Assembly (NCBI GenBank): GCA_964456475.1
Contig: CAYVZI010000004.1
Span: 7,604-71,603, forward strand
Source: an uncultured Candidatus Saccharibacteria bacterium
GTDB lineage: Bacteria > Patescibacteriota > Minisyncoccia > Phycocordibacterales > UBA9973
Length of the DNA: 64,000 nt
Direction of reading: 5' to 3'
Position 1 is the first letter of the stretch, and each line of letters begins with the position of its first letter. Shown in pieces: positions 1-10,862 of the stretch. A program made the translations under genes and the position numbers. The notes under the pieces were generated by a model. The model had not been told where the DNA came from and made no database searches. It was given only the letters and a program-made list of their open reading frames with translations.

Positions 1-380
1 ACTCGTTTCACAAAAATGGAGTTGCTGGGGGAGGTGAAGTATTTGACGGCAATGAATTTGTTATCAAAGAAATCGGCCAGATTAAAAAAGAAATTCAGGA
101 CGAGCTCAACCGAATCCGCCAAGAGAAGACTATTCCACTCCATCGCGTAGAAAAGAAAATTCTCGAAGATGGTCAAACGACAATCAAAGTACAATGGCTT
201 CCCGATGAAGCACAAGACAAAAAATTCACCGAGCGAAAAGTAGAGACGGTCACCAAAAAGAAATTATTCAAAAAGATAACGAACACTTCATCAACAATCA
301 AAAATCGTGCAACGAAAATACGAAGTAATACAGCAAAGAAACCAAATAGCGCGGTTGTGTACGATTATTCACAACAGTAG
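1..380 (+). CDS. 3' end of a hypothetical protein (partial)
   Basis: Open frame from position 3 to TAG at 378-380, followed by a terminator. Confidence 0.65.
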   Translation, partial: SFHKNGVAGGGEVFDGNEFVIKEIGQIKKEIQDELNRIRQEKTIPLHRVEKKILEDGQTTIKVQWLPDEAQDKKFTERKVETVTKKKLFKKITNTSSTIKNRATKIRSNTAKKPNSAVVYDYSQQ

Positions 381-381
381 C

Positions 382-421
382 AACAAAAAAACTTGAACCT
401 AGTGGTTCAAGTTTTTTTGTT
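382..421. terminator. Bidirectional intrinsic terminator
   Basis: aacaaaaaaacttgaacc-tagt-ggttcaagtttttttgtt hairpin between convergent ORFs. Confidence 0.8.
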
Positions 422-427
422 GCTAAT

Positions 428-1525
428 TTAATGAGCACCTTGTGTTTTTTCTCGTTCAGTTTCACGCTTTGCATTCCAATGATCCATTGCCTGATCGAGC
501 GTTGCTGGATTTTCTGACATCATTGTTTTTACAAACAAGAAATTAGGGTCCGTGCGAAAATCGATTGGATCGTGTGGACCACCGCCATTTGTCCAGGATT
601 CGACTTCATTCATTTTGCTTTCAAGAAAGACGAATTTCTCTTGAACTTTCTGCCAAGTGCCGAGGTCCATGCGCCTCCAATTCTTCGCGTCCTCGATCCA
701 TCGATAGAATCGCATTGTGTTGTTCTGAATAAAAGCACGAGGATCTCCAGTCATCTCCTCGAGGTCTGGTCCAATCCCATTGTAAAAAATTTCGGCTTGT
801 TTCTCGGGAACACTCTCTTCTCCGACATCCATACTCGGTACTGGTGCCCGACCAGCAAAACCCCGAACACCTTCTTTCGATACACGAGGTGCATTTTCTA
901 TAATTATTCGCGGTCTTTTGATTTTGCCAGTAGCAAACAGGCTCGTTTCTTTTATTACAGGAATATCTGAGTTTACAACACCAAGATTTTTGGGGGCGTT
1001 CTTTCGAGGAGCGTTCGGAGAGGGGAGGATTTTAGTATATCGAATCGTGTCACCCTTTTTGCGAACAGCTTCAAAATCTTGCTCAAAGCTACCATCTTCG
1101 AGCTTTCTTGTTTGAGTTATCTTCAAATCCGGTTCTTTAATATCGATAGATGTTGTCGGTTCTTTGAAATATCCTTCATGGAACACGACCGGACCACCGA
1201 CTTGTGGACCAAAAATGTTGTTGACTACAGTATCGCCATTTTGAATATCGGTATATCGAACCCCTTCGGCAATTGGCTTACCATTCTGGGTAATATCTTT
1301 ATAACCCGAAACATCTTTTGTAGTTATCCATTCATTGTGAGCATTTTTCTTTTCTGAATGAGCCACATCTCCGCTCTGTGTTTGGGCGTCGGCGTTCATT
1401 CCGGCAAAAGCAGAAAGAGCTGCGAGACCAAGAGTCTTCAGCTTGTTTGTTTTAGTAATTTTGGAAGCAGGAACGCCAGGCGTTCCGAGTTCCTCTTCTT
1501 TTTTTGGATTCCAAGATTCTTGCAT
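428..1525 (-). CDS. Hypothetical exported or membrane-anchored protein (365 aa)
   Basis: Long ORF with an N-terminal hydrophobic segment LGLAALSAFAGMNADA. Confidence 0.7.
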   Translation of the reverse strand: MQESWNPKKEEELGTPGVPASKITKTNKLKTLGLAALSAFAGMNADAQTQSGDVAHSEKKNAHNEWITTKDVSGYKDITQNGKPIAEGVRYTDIQNGDTVVNNIFGPQVGGPVVFHEGYFKEPTTSIDIKEPDLKITQTRKLEDGSFEQDFEAVRKKGDTIRYTKILPSPNAPRKNAPKNLGVVNSDIPVIKETSLFATGKIKRPRIIIENAPRVSKEGVRGFAGRAPVPSMDVGEESVPEKQAEIFYNGIGPDLEEMTGDPRAFIQNNTMRFYRWIEDAKNWRRMDLGTWQKVQEKFVFLESKMNEVESWTNGGGPHDPIDFRTDPNFLFVKTMMSENPATLDQAMDHWNAKRETEREKTQGAH

Positions 1526-1676
1526 ATATATAGTATACGGGAGAGGGAATTACATTCAAAATAATTCCTCTTTTTTACATTTATATTATATAATAAATAT
1601 GATATACTGTCAAAGACAGTATACTTCATACTATGTATTTGTAACCCTTGTTGATATACTTATCATAGACACAACC

Positions 1677-3383
1677 ATGATAAATCCAAAAAACAGAATG
1701 GAAAATCTTACTCCACCTGCACTACGTGCAGACATGTACGAGCCAGTCGAACGCCCTTCTTTCAACAACGAGCGTTTTTTACCAAGCATCACGGGCAGCA
1801 AAAGAACCCTTACTGAAGGTGACTCTATCATTTTGCCAAAATCTATAACAGACACATTTCGACTCGACGAAATGAAAACTGCCAAAACAACTATCGGCAA
1901 AATAATTGTCCGCGACGACGGAATTACAATTCAAGTAATCATCAACACAGAGGGAAGTCCAATCACACGTGAATTTCCTGCAACAGATCCACTCTTTGAC
2001 CTTGGAGAAATTCCAAAGAGTTTCGGATTAGAAACCAAAGACATTACTGAAGCAAGAGAACTATCTTACACAGAAAAACGTGAACAACTGCTCGAAAAAA
2101 GCCAGGCTCTTGCCATAAGAGAAGCTGAAATCCGTAAAGAAATAACAAAACTCCAAGAAACCTTAAACATAACCTCAGGTGAGGTTGTTCCTGCTACTCC
2201 AATACTAGTTGAACAAAAAATGTCTCCGGCAGAGAAACTAGAGCGTAGGAATAAGCTCTATGGAGAAGCATGGTCTGTTATCAAAGAAAAAGGTATTGAC
2301 CGTATTGTTATTCATGGAAGCAGAGTCAAATACAACCCTACAGAATCAGAAGAGTCACTTGGGAAGACAGTTGCAAAAAACGAAAAAAGAGAACCTCTCA
2401 AAAAAGGAGATTTTGTTGATGTGATCGAACCTGACCTTGACGTAGAAAGTGCACTCTGGCTCCTCAATCTTAAAGATACAGAAAACAAGCCTCTTATCAA
2501 AATAAACGAAAATGCATACACTGAATCTACAAAAAAAGGTAACAGTGATATCAAAAAAACCACACCAGGACAAGTAGTCATTCACATTGATCGAGGCGGT
2601 AAAGACTTTGAAATCGAAGTCATTGATGGCGTGACACATATTTATTGTGATCACCACACAGAGGAGTTTGGAGACCCAACTTCAGCGACAGAAATTGTCG
2701 ACAAAATTATGTCGCGGGGGGAAGAATACCAGAATGTCAAAAAGGTAAAACCATGGATTGAGAATTATGTTTCATACGTCACCGCAATGGACAATTTGAG
2801 TTATGTTACTGCTACCGTACCGGGAGGAAAAAAAATGTTTGACAAAAACACATTTCTGCAAAAATGGCCTGGATCACTTTTTGCAATAGGAAATGCAATG
2901 AGCGTTGCCGAGATACAACGCTCATTCAGATTAAATGACAGTCCATGGAGACCAGAGCATGACATAATCAATACCAAAGAGATCGTGGAAAAGAAAAAGA
3001 CTGATGCACAAGCCGCATTATACGGAGCTGAAGAAGCAAGAAAAAGAGCAATAGAGAATGGTATCCCCGAAGAAACTCCCGAGATGGGAAAGCTTGTCTA
3101 TCATAGTTTTTCTCGAAAGGGTGGCTTGAATGTTATTCCAGACAAGCTCGGATTTATTGCAACACAAGCAATGGGTTGTGACACATTTATTCATTTCAAT
3201 CCTGAAACCGGCGGTTTTCGTATCAATTCATCAAAAGACATTACTCCTATTGCAGAACGTTTGAAAGAAATTTATCCTGGACTCGTCGTAGTACGCGGTG
3301 TTATGATTTTTCCTCCAAACAATCCCAAATTATTAAAAAGCATTTCCGAGGAACAGTTTTTGCACGCACTTGGATTGAAATAG
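1677..3383 (+). CDS. Hypothetical protein with a degenerate DHH-phosphoesterase-like domain
   Basis: Motifs EPDLD, HIDRG, YCDHH..TSATE, AMDN; probable start ATG 1677 downstream of TATACT. Confidence 0.55.
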   Translation: MINPKNRMENLTPPALRADMYEPVERPSFNNERFLPSITGSKRTLTEGDSIILPKSITDTFRLDEMKTAKTTIGKIIVRDDGITIQVIINTEGSPITREFPATDPLFDLGEIPKSFGLETKDITEARELSYTEKREQLLEKSQALAIREAEIRKEITKLQETLNITSGEVVPATPILVEQKMSPAEKLERRNKLYGEAWSVIKEKGIDRIVIHGSRVKYNPTESEESLGKTVAKNEKREPLKKGDFVDVIEPDLDVESALWLLNLKDTENKPLIKINENAYTESTKKGNSDIKKTTPGQVVIHIDRGGKDFEIEVIDGVTHIYCDHHTEEFGDPTSATEIVDKIMSRGEEYQNVKKVKPWIENYVSYVTAMDNLSYVTATVPGGKKMFDKNTFLQKWPGSLFAIGNAMSVAEIQRSFRLNDSPWRPEHDIINTKEIVEKKKTDAQAALYGAEEARKRAIENGIPEETPEMGKLVYHSFSRKGGLNVIPDKLGFIATQAMGCDTFIHFNPETGGFRINSSKDITPIAERLKEIYPGLVVVRGVMIFPPNNPKLLKSISEEQFLHALGLK

Positions 3384-3417
3384 AAGATAGCATATTGTTT
3401 TTATCAAACATACAAGC

Positions 3418-5448
3418 ATGAACTCACTCGAAAATAATAAAAAAAATACCAAGCAAGAAAACGAAAACATACAAAAGTATCGTGCACTTAATCCTGTGGT
3501 TCGAACTGAGGTCAAAAAGGAATCTCCGGAGGAAGTCCGATTGAAAATTGAGCTTCTCGAGAAAGAACTCCGCACTGTCATCGCCGAGCAAAATATTATT
3601 GCAAACTACATCGAAAACGGAGACAAGGCACGTGTTGAATTCAATCAAGCACTTACAAAGCTCACCGACCGCGACGGGGAACTTGAGCAACTTTCGTCAA
3701 AACGAACCATTCTCGAAAGCGAACTTCAAGAAATCAAATCTCGGCTTGTCGAACAAGAGGAATTACACCACCATGGACGTGGTGATATTCTTGATTTGTA
3801 TGTTGATGAATACGAAAACCTTTTGAAGCAAATCAAAAAAGAAAAAAAGAAAGGTAAAAACGAAAACCCAACCATCACGAATGCCTTGGAAGAAAAGTCT
3901 CAATTGCTGTACAAACTGACTGAAGAATTACAACTTCCGGTAGAAGAATTAGAAGATCGACTCAACACACATCACTTAATGAAGTGGTTTATTGTTGAAA
4001 ATTTTTCTGAACAGACAAAAGAAAATATAAACCTTAAAGAATGGGCCTACGTTGAAGAAGATTTTTTACCTGAGCACATTGCGACTCTTTGTGAGACCGA
4101 AAAAGCCACTCAAAAAAATCATTTTACTGTCTCATTTATGCTTGGAGGCTTGCAATTGCAATTGGTAAACCCAAGTCAGGCAAGAAATGAAAAAGGGGAT
4201 ATTGACGTTCTGCATCCAGACGCACTTTTTAATGTTGTTGATGCCGATGATATGGTCATAAAAGCTGGCAACAATATACCTCTTCCGCAAGCCGAAAACC
4301 TTATGGAAATGCTCGCAAAAGAGCACGGGGAACAAACAATAAAAGCATTCGATTCAATTTCTGACAAAGATGCATGGAACGAACAAAAGATACGAAGGCT
4401 GGAAAAAGATATCGACGCAAAAATAGTAACGTATGCTCTTGCCGAACAAGAAATTACTTCATCAATAGAAAAAAATGGGTCTGCGGAAGATATTGAGAAG
4501 TGGTCACTTATTCAATCCAAAGAACTCGAGGCAAAAAATTTAGCAAAACAAGCTGTCCGTGAAAAAATTGAAGCTGACCCTATAATAGAAGCCATCAACG
4601 ATGAAATTGAAGCAAAGCAATACGAGCTGGACAAGAATCGTCACGAGATGGTCACTATAAATGCGCAGATTAAAATGCTCTCTAAAACAATAGAGAAGCT
4701 TGATTCTCTCTATCACTACGACAAGGAAGATTTCTCAACAACACCTGAGGACTACGGGCAAAAACATCCACAAAGAGTGGGGCCGGGGATATATCGACAA
4801 CATACGGCGCTAGTTCGCCCAAAGCGAAACATCTCGGAAGACGAATTGAAAATGCGCGCAGAGGGAATAACAGCGACAAGAGAAGAAATGCAAAGTGACA
4901 CTGACTTTCTTGCCGAACTCGAGCGACGCACACAAAACCGTATGAATATAGCCCAGGGTTTGCCTCCCATGTCCGAAGACGAACTCAAAAATGTACCAGC
5001 CAAAAATGTGGAATCTCCAATAACGCAAGCACCCGGATTATCTCCCGAAGAAAAAGCCGAAATCCAAAAACAAATAGACCAAATTGAAAAACGCAGAGCG
5101 GAACGCAAGATAGCAATAGAAAAGTTCAATAAGGATTTTGAAGAAAAAATAAAAGCACTTGAGGATCAATTAAAAAAACTCGAAAAAGAAAAAAACGAAG
5201 ACCGGCTGGGCACACTAAACAAGATGTACGAATTTTTGAAAGACTACGAAATTATTTCAAACGTTCCCATCGAAAAACAAATTGATATCCCAAAAGAACA
5301 ATTAGTAAAGATTGCAGAAGAGCTCAAGTACAAGAACGTTGAGACAATGCTCGGAGGAATCTCATTCGGCACGAACGAAAGCATTGCTAAGGCAAAAAAA
5401 GATCTCATTCAAAAAATAGAAAAAGTACTACCTGCTAACAAAATCTAG
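3418..5448 (+). CDS. Coiled-coil hypothetical protein (676 aa)
   Basis: E/K/Q-rich long ORF with heptad-like pattern. Confidence 0.75.
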   Translation: MNSLENNKKNTKQENENIQKYRALNPVVRTEVKKESPEEVRLKIELLEKELRTVIAEQNIIANYIENGDKARVEFNQALTKLTDRDGELEQLSSKRTILESELQEIKSRLVEQEELHHHGRGDILDLYVDEYENLLKQIKKEKKKGKNENPTITNALEEKSQLLYKLTEELQLPVEELEDRLNTHHLMKWFIVENFSEQTKENINLKEWAYVEEDFLPEHIATLCETEKATQKNHFTVSFMLGGLQLQLVNPSQARNEKGDIDVLHPDALFNVVDADDMVIKAGNNIPLPQAENLMEMLAKEHGEQTIKAFDSISDKDAWNEQKIRRLEKDIDAKIVTYALAEQEITSSIEKNGSAEDIEKWSLIQSKELEAKNLAKQAVREKIEADPIIEAINDEIEAKQYELDKNRHEMVTINAQIKMLSKTIEKLDSLYHYDKEDFSTTPEDYGQKHPQRVGPGIYRQHTALVRPKRNISEDELKMRAEGITATREEMQSDTDFLAELERRTQNRMNIAQGLPPMSEDELKNVPAKNVESPITQAPGLSPEEKAEIQKQIDQIEKRRAERKIAIEKFNKDFEEKIKALEDQLKKLEKEKNEDRLGTLNKMYEFLKDYEIISNVPIEKQIDIPKEQLVKIAEELKYKNVETMLGGISFGTNESIAKAKKDLIQKIEKVLPANKI

Positions 5449-5452
5449 TCAT

Positions 5453-8400
5453 ATGGAAAAATCAATACAATCTCAAATAGATGAATTGAAAGCAGACCAT
5501 GCGAAAAAAATGGGCGATTTTATAGAGGCCGACGCAAAAGACGCCGAGATGTCGGCATCACTCCAAGAAAAACTGAACGAGGATTCAGTCGGGAGAGTTG
5601 TCGAACTTCCTCCACTTGTTGATGAATCAGCACCAACAAAAAGCTGGTTTGATACGATCAACGAAGAATATGATAGAAAAAAGGGACATTCTGCATCAAC
5701 TCCTGACTCTGGCTCTGTTGCAGCATTTGCACCAGAGCCAATACACAAACCTGCTTCAACTGCCAGCGAATCAATAAAAATTCCAGCTGGCTCTTTACGT
5801 TCACCAGAGACACCTGAAAGCCAGCCACAAGCCGAGTATGAGAGCTTCAAACAAGACTTCGTTAAAAAACACGGGGCAAAGGGTGGCCTCAGCACTATTT
5901 TTGACACGCTTGAATACCATCAGGATTTCCTTGACCTTTCACCGGGCAAAAAGATGCTTGTCGCACAGTCAGTGATCGAGGACTTGCACACAAAAGTCAA
6001 AACTGAAGCGCAAAAGACTTTTCAAAAGAAAGCTACTGAATCAACCTGGATGGGAAATGTTCCTGTTGTCGGCTGGCTTGGCAAAAAACTCAAAGCAGTA
6101 GCGTACGGACTCAACAAGAATGCGCTAACAAAAAAATACGAGCAAAACGCTCTCATGGATATGACATACATGAGCGACGGAGATTATATCAACGCGGTTG
6201 GTCAAAAATACATCAGAGGATACGCCGAGCAGAACCTCGATGCGATTTATCGCGGCAACGGAAAAGTGGAAATCGACTTCGCAAAGACAAAAGAGTTTGG
6301 CGAGAGCGATGCCGCAAAAGTATACAATGAGGCAGCTAATGTATTTGCTCGCATTCCACAGGCATGGGGCGTAGAAAAAACCGCCACAAAAGAACAGTAC
6401 CGTGCATGGCACAAAGCCAAAGTTAATTTTGATGATGCCGCGAACCTAATGACTCCACTATTCCGAGATCACGCAAAAGAAGGAGAGTTCAACAAACACA
6501 TGCAGGGAGCAATTGATGCCAACTTTGCGAAGCGACAAGTAGAATTCTTTTCCTTTATTTCTCAGAATCCTGACACTGCGAATGAACTTCGAAAAACTGC
6601 CACAAGCAACGGAATCACCCGAACCCTTGATTCATTAAAAAAATTCGGCCTTTCCTACACAAACTGGAATCGCATTGCCTCCTTGGTGACCGGTGCCGGA
6701 GTGCGCGTCGGAGTGGGGGCAGGGGTGAGTACAGCACTTGCAGGTACAGCTCTCGGTGGAGCAATGATAGCCGGAGCACCAATCGTGATTGGAGCTATCG
6801 CAGCCGCGGCGGCCGGAGGAACAGTAGGGTATTTCTTCCGCGGAGACAAGATTGCCAAGGATCGATTCAAACAGCAGGCAATCGACGCACGCACTGGGGA
6901 ACTCTCACTCAAAGCTCGACAAACACAGCCGGGTACACTCGCATCGGTTAGTCGTATCAAACGACGCACTGAACAAATGCAGAAGCTTACGAAAAAACTT
7001 TCGGATCTTGGTGCAAGCGACGGAAGTGCAATCGAGGTTGCCGAACTCTCAAACCAGCTTCAAGTTCATTTGAATTATATAAAACAAAAAATTGAGGATG
7101 GTGAAATGAACTTTGGCGATGCAGATAGTCAATACACAAACTATGTGAGCCTGATGATGGCACAGCAAGAAGCCGATATTGCACTTTCAATGACTGCTCG
7201 TAATTATTTTGGTTTGAGGTCGGATGCCGAGAGGGAAGAATTTGACTCGCTCAAGAAAAACGATAACAAAAACGATCGCCGTCTAGACTTGCTATCCGAA
7301 ATAGAAACGAAAGGAATAACGGCAGTAGAAGAAGCTCGAAAGGAAGCAGTCAAGATACAAAAAAAGGAGAGTGCACGAATTGGAGCACTCTTTGGAGCAA
7401 TCGGTTCATATGCTTCGCAATGGTTTTATTCTACTGACGCCGGACATGCAGTACGAGAAGCTACACAAGGAGTAGTCGGAGCAGTCAAAGGGGGAGCAAG
7501 TGTAGTTGAACCTGAAGTAAAACATATTCCATCAGCTGAGACCGCACATACACCAACAAATACTTCAACACAAAATATTCCCGCCCACAAAATCGAAACA
7601 GGAAAGCCAAGCCCAGCACCAGGAAGTGTCGCACGCGATTATGAACAGCCTACAGACGCTCCCGGAACAGGAGGCACTAAAATTGAAACTGCTCCAAATA
7701 AGATTACCGAGGGTGATATTGAAAACGCATTCACAAAAATCAAAATCAAAAAGGGTGAAGGAATGGGTGATGCACTACTCAAACTTCGCAATACTCCTTC
7801 GTTCAAAAATCTCATCAAGACCAATCCGAATGTAGCAAAATTCTTCCAAGGAAACATTTGGGAAAAAGCCGAGGCTCTCCATGCCTTCCGTCCAGGGAAC
7901 ACAGAAGGAGACAGTCTTGTAATCGGTGAAGGTTCAGAAATCGGTATCACCAAGAACGGAGATATCTTTGTCAAAAATACACAAGGTGGTGGCAAGACAC
8001 AAATACTTGGTCATATTGATCCTCAAACGGGAAAATTCAGCGAAGTATCACCAGATGATACTTTCCAGTATCGAAATCCGAAACAATATACACCTGCTGA
8101 ACGTCCCGTTCAGGCGACAGAGAATGAGTCACCTCGCCCTCAAAATGATGAAGAAGGTCCAGATAGTGTATTGAAACCATACCCGCACAATAAAGAAGAG
8201 GGACCAGTGGGTGAAAAAAATACAAAGCCAGAACAAGAAGTAAACGAAGAGGGACCGGATAGTGTCAAAGAACCCTATCCACACAACGGAGAAGAAGGTC
8301 CAGATAGTGTATTGAAACCATACCCTCACAATCGTGAGGAAGGGCCAGTAGTAGAAAATACAGCTCCTCAAATAAAGAATACGGACAATTTCACAAAATC

Positions 8401-8743
8401 TGATTGGAATCGCGTGCACAATATCTCATACCGAGATATGCACAACGATTTGAATCAATACTTTGGAAAACGAAATCTCATAGGAGAACCTTCTGGAGGA
8501 GAAAGATCTCTCATTTACAAGAGCCTTTCAAATCGAGATGCGGGATCGATCATGAAGCATTTCAAACAACACAGCAATGAATTCAAGCCGGAGGTGCAAA
8601 AGTTCTTGAAACACATACAAGCACTATCTGTAGCACATTCGCATATTTCTCCTGCTGGAAAGTTTGGACAATATATAGAAAATCTCTACAAGGCAGACGC
8701 AACAGAATTTGTCGCAAAGAATCCAAATTCTGACCCGCGATAA
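5453..8743 (+). CDS. Large membrane-associated protein (1096 aa) with a Gly/Ala-rich hydrophobic segment and EEGPDSVLKPYPHN repeats
   Basis: Glycine-zipper-like GAGVRVGVGAGVSTALAG...GAIAAAAAGG segment; repeats at about 8150-8350. Confidence 0.75.
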   Translation: MEKSIQSQIDELKADHAKKMGDFIEADAKDAEMSASLQEKLNEDSVGRVVELPPLVDESAPTKSWFDTINEEYDRKKGHSASTPDSGSVAAFAPEPIHKPASTASESIKIPAGSLRSPETPESQPQAEYESFKQDFVKKHGAKGGLSTIFDTLEYHQDFLDLSPGKKMLVAQSVIEDLHTKVKTEAQKTFQKKATESTWMGNVPVVGWLGKKLKAVAYGLNKNALTKKYEQNALMDMTYMSDGDYINAVGQKYIRGYAEQNLDAIYRGNGKVEIDFAKTKEFGESDAAKVYNEAANVFARIPQAWGVEKTATKEQYRAWHKAKVNFDDAANLMTPLFRDHAKEGEFNKHMQGAIDANFAKRQVEFFSFISQNPDTANELRKTATSNGITRTLDSLKKFGLSYTNWNRIASLVTGAGVRVGVGAGVSTALAGTALGGAMIAGAPIVIGAIAAAAAGGTVGYFFRGDKIAKDRFKQQAIDARTGELSLKARQTQPGTLASVSRIKRRTEQMQKLTKKLSDLGASDGSAIEVAELSNQLQVHLNYIKQKIEDGEMNFGDADSQYTNYVSLMMAQQEADIALSMTARNYFGLRSDAEREEFDSLKKNDNKNDRRLDLLSEIETKGITAVEEARKEAVKIQKKESARIGALFGAIGSYASQWFYSTDAGHAVREATQGVVGAVKGGASVVEPEVKHIPSAETAHTPTNTSTQNIPAHKIETGKPSPAPGSVARDYEQPTDAPGTGGTKIETAPNKITEGDIENAFTKIKIKKGEGMGDALLKLRNTPSFKNLIKTNPNVAKFFQGNIWEKAEALHAFRPGNTEGDSLVIGEGSEIGITKNGDIFVKNTQGGGKTQILGHIDPQTGKFSEVSPDDTFQYRNPKQYTPAERPVQATENESPRPQNDEEGPDSVLKPYPHNKEEGPVGEKNTKPEQEVNEEGPDSVKEPYPHNGEEGPDSVLKPYPHNREEGPVVENTAPQIKNTDNFTKSDWNRVHNISYRDMHNDLNQYFGKRNLIGEPSGGERSLIYKSLSNRDAGSIMKHFKQHSNEFKPEVQKFLKHIQALSVAHSHISPAGKFGQYIENLYKADATEFVAKNPNSDPR

Positions 8744-8865
8744 CTGCAACTCTCCAAAAAAATTACTCCCCTAAATCAGCTTGCGCTGATCGGGCGAACA
8801 AAATTCCAAACATAAAATGTTTGGAATTTTGTTTTAGCCAAACACATTTTTTTGTGCGGTAATTA

Positions 8866-8895
8866 CTAAACCCTAGACCCTAAACCCTAGACCCT
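8866..8895 (+). repeat. Heptamer array (CCCTAAA/CCCTAGA)x4
   Basis: ctaaaccctagaccctaaaccctagaccct directly upstream of pcrA. Confidence 0.75.
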
Positions 8896-8911
8896 GTATC
8901 ATGAATTACTC

Positions 8912-10831
8912 ATGAACACTCACGACCTCTCTCATCTCAACCCCGCACAACGCGAAGCCGTACTCCATACTGAAGGACCGCTTCTTATCGTCGCAGGTGC
9001 TGGTGCTGGAAAGACAAAAACACTCACTGAGCGCATCGTACATTTAATTTTGGGTGGCGTTTCACCCGCACAGATCCTCGCAGTGACATTTACCAACAAG
9101 GCTTCAGGAGAAATGAGGGAACGAGTTGAGGGAGCTCTCATCAAAAACCGAATCGAGGGTCTTCCGACTGTCACTACTTTTCACAGACTCGGTGGAATGA
9201 TTATCCGAGAGAATGCTCATTATTTTGGTCTCACAAAACATTTCAGTATTTTTGACGAAGACGATGCCAAGAGCATCATTCGTGAATGCATGCGTGAATT
9301 CGGCATTGATCCAAAAGTGCTGGATCCAAAACGGGTGAAGCACATCATTTCTACTGCCAAGATGGCGGGGGATACGCCAGACACAATGTCAGATAAAATC
9401 GCGAGCCAGACCGAAAGCGACGCTGTGCGCATTTGGCGAAATTACGAAACAAAACTGCATGCATCAAAAGGAGTGGATTTTGACGACCTTATCGTCAAAG
9501 CAGTCCGATTGCTCGAAAAGAATTTAGAAGTTCGCACAATGTACCAAAAGCGGTTTCAGTATATTCACGTAGATGAATACCAAGACACGAACGAAATGGA
9601 ATACCGTATGGTGAAATTGCTCGCTGGAGAAAAAAAGAATATCTGTGTAGTAGGCGATACCGACCAAAACATCTATAGCTGGCGCGGGGCAAAGATAAAA
9701 AACATGCTTCATTTTGAAAAAGATTTTCCTGGCGCACACACAGTCTTCCTTGAACAGAATTACCGCTCTACTTCACGCATCCTCGACGCAGCAAACGCAA
9801 TTATTATCAAAAACACCGTTCGTATTCCAAAAAATCTGTTTACCGAACTTGGCACAGGTGAAAAACTTGTGCGCTATGAAGGATTCAGCGAAGTAGACGA
9901 AGCGGCATTCGTCGCCCGCGAATCAGAAAAATTGATTGCATCTGGAATTCCTCCGGAAGAAATCGCCGTACTTTTTCGCGCAAACTTCCAATCCCGCGCG
10001 CTCGAAGAAGCATTCCTTTTTGCCGATGTTCCGTACCGTGTTCTCGGTACACAATTCTTCGAACGCATGGAAGTCAAAGATATCATTTCGTATATTCGTG
10101 CTGCACTCAATCGTGACTCGCTTGCCGACTTAAAGCGCACCATCAATACACCAAAGCGTGGAATCGGTGATGCATCAATTGCAAAGATATTTGCCGGCAT
10201 GAGGGATACGCTCACCCCAAAAACACAAATTGCTTTTTCAAACTATGAAAAAATTCTCGATGCAATCAAAGAAGCAAGTGAGCAAGAATATCCATCATCA
10301 CTCATCCGATTTGTATTGGAACGCACAGGACTCAAAGAAGAGTACGAAAGCGAAGGTGAGCAGGGAATAGAACGTGTCGAAAACGTGGGAGAACTCGCAA
10401 CACTCGCATCCATATATGACACACTTCCTCTTGGTGAAGGTGTTCTCAAATTTCTCGAGGACGCAGTGCTTCGTTCCGATCAAGACGCACTGCGTGATTC
10501 ACCTGAGGGTGTTCGCATGCTCACCGTGCATGCATCAAAGGGGTTGGAATTCCGCGTAGTTTTCGTAGTAGGTCTTGAAGAGGGACTCTTTCCTCATGAG
10601 CGTTCGAGTCGTTCGACCAAAATTGAAGACTCTGAAGAAGAGCGCAGACTATTCTATGTGGCAGTCACCCGTGCAAAAGAAAAGCTCTATCTAGTCAATG
10701 CGCAAGCGCGCACTATTTTTGGACAACGCAATATTGCACTCCCTTCACAATTCCTCTACGACATACCCGGTGAACTCATCGAAATGCATTCGGATATTCC
10801 TCAATCATTGCCAAGCATCTACTTCGACTAA
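8912..10831 (+). CDS. pcrA: UvrD/PcrA superfamily 1 DNA helicase
   Basis: AGAGAGKT, VDEYQDTN, VGDTDQNIYSWRGA, QNYRS, HASKGLEF, EERRLFYVAVTRA. Confidence 0.95.
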   Translation: MNTHDLSHLNPAQREAVLHTEGPLLIVAGAGAGKTKTLTERIVHLILGGVSPAQILAVTFTNKASGEMRERVEGALIKNRIEGLPTVTTFHRLGGMIIRENAHYFGLTKHFSIFDEDDAKSIIRECMREFGIDPKVLDPKRVKHIISTAKMAGDTPDTMSDKIASQTESDAVRIWRNYETKLHASKGVDFDDLIVKAVRLLEKNLEVRTMYQKRFQYIHVDEYQDTNEMEYRMVKLLAGEKKNICVVGDTDQNIYSWRGAKIKNMLHFEKDFPGAHTVFLEQNYRSTSRILDAANAIIIKNTVRIPKNLFTELGTGEKLVRYEGFSEVDEAAFVARESEKLIASGIPPEEIAVLFRANFQSRALEEAFLFADVPYRVLGTQFFERMEVKDIISYIRAALNRDSLADLKRTINTPKRGIGDASIAKIFAGMRDTLTPKTQIAFSNYEKILDAIKEASEQEYPSSLIRFVLERTGLKEEYESEGEQGIERVENVGELATLASIYDTLPLGEGVLKFLEDAVLRSDQDALRDSPEGVRMLTVHASKGLEFRVVFVVGLEEGLFPHERSSRSTKIEDSEEERRLFYVAVTRAKEKLYLVNAQARTIFGQRNIALPSQFLYDIPGELIEMHSDIPQSLPSIYFD

Positions 10832-10862
10832 TGTTGGTGTGTAGTGTAGGATACAAAGAGAT

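Noticed and set aside
8150-8350. Direct repeats as a possible CRISPR array
   Set aside because: They are in-frame peptide repeats with synonymous changes and irregular spacing; no cas genes in the window.
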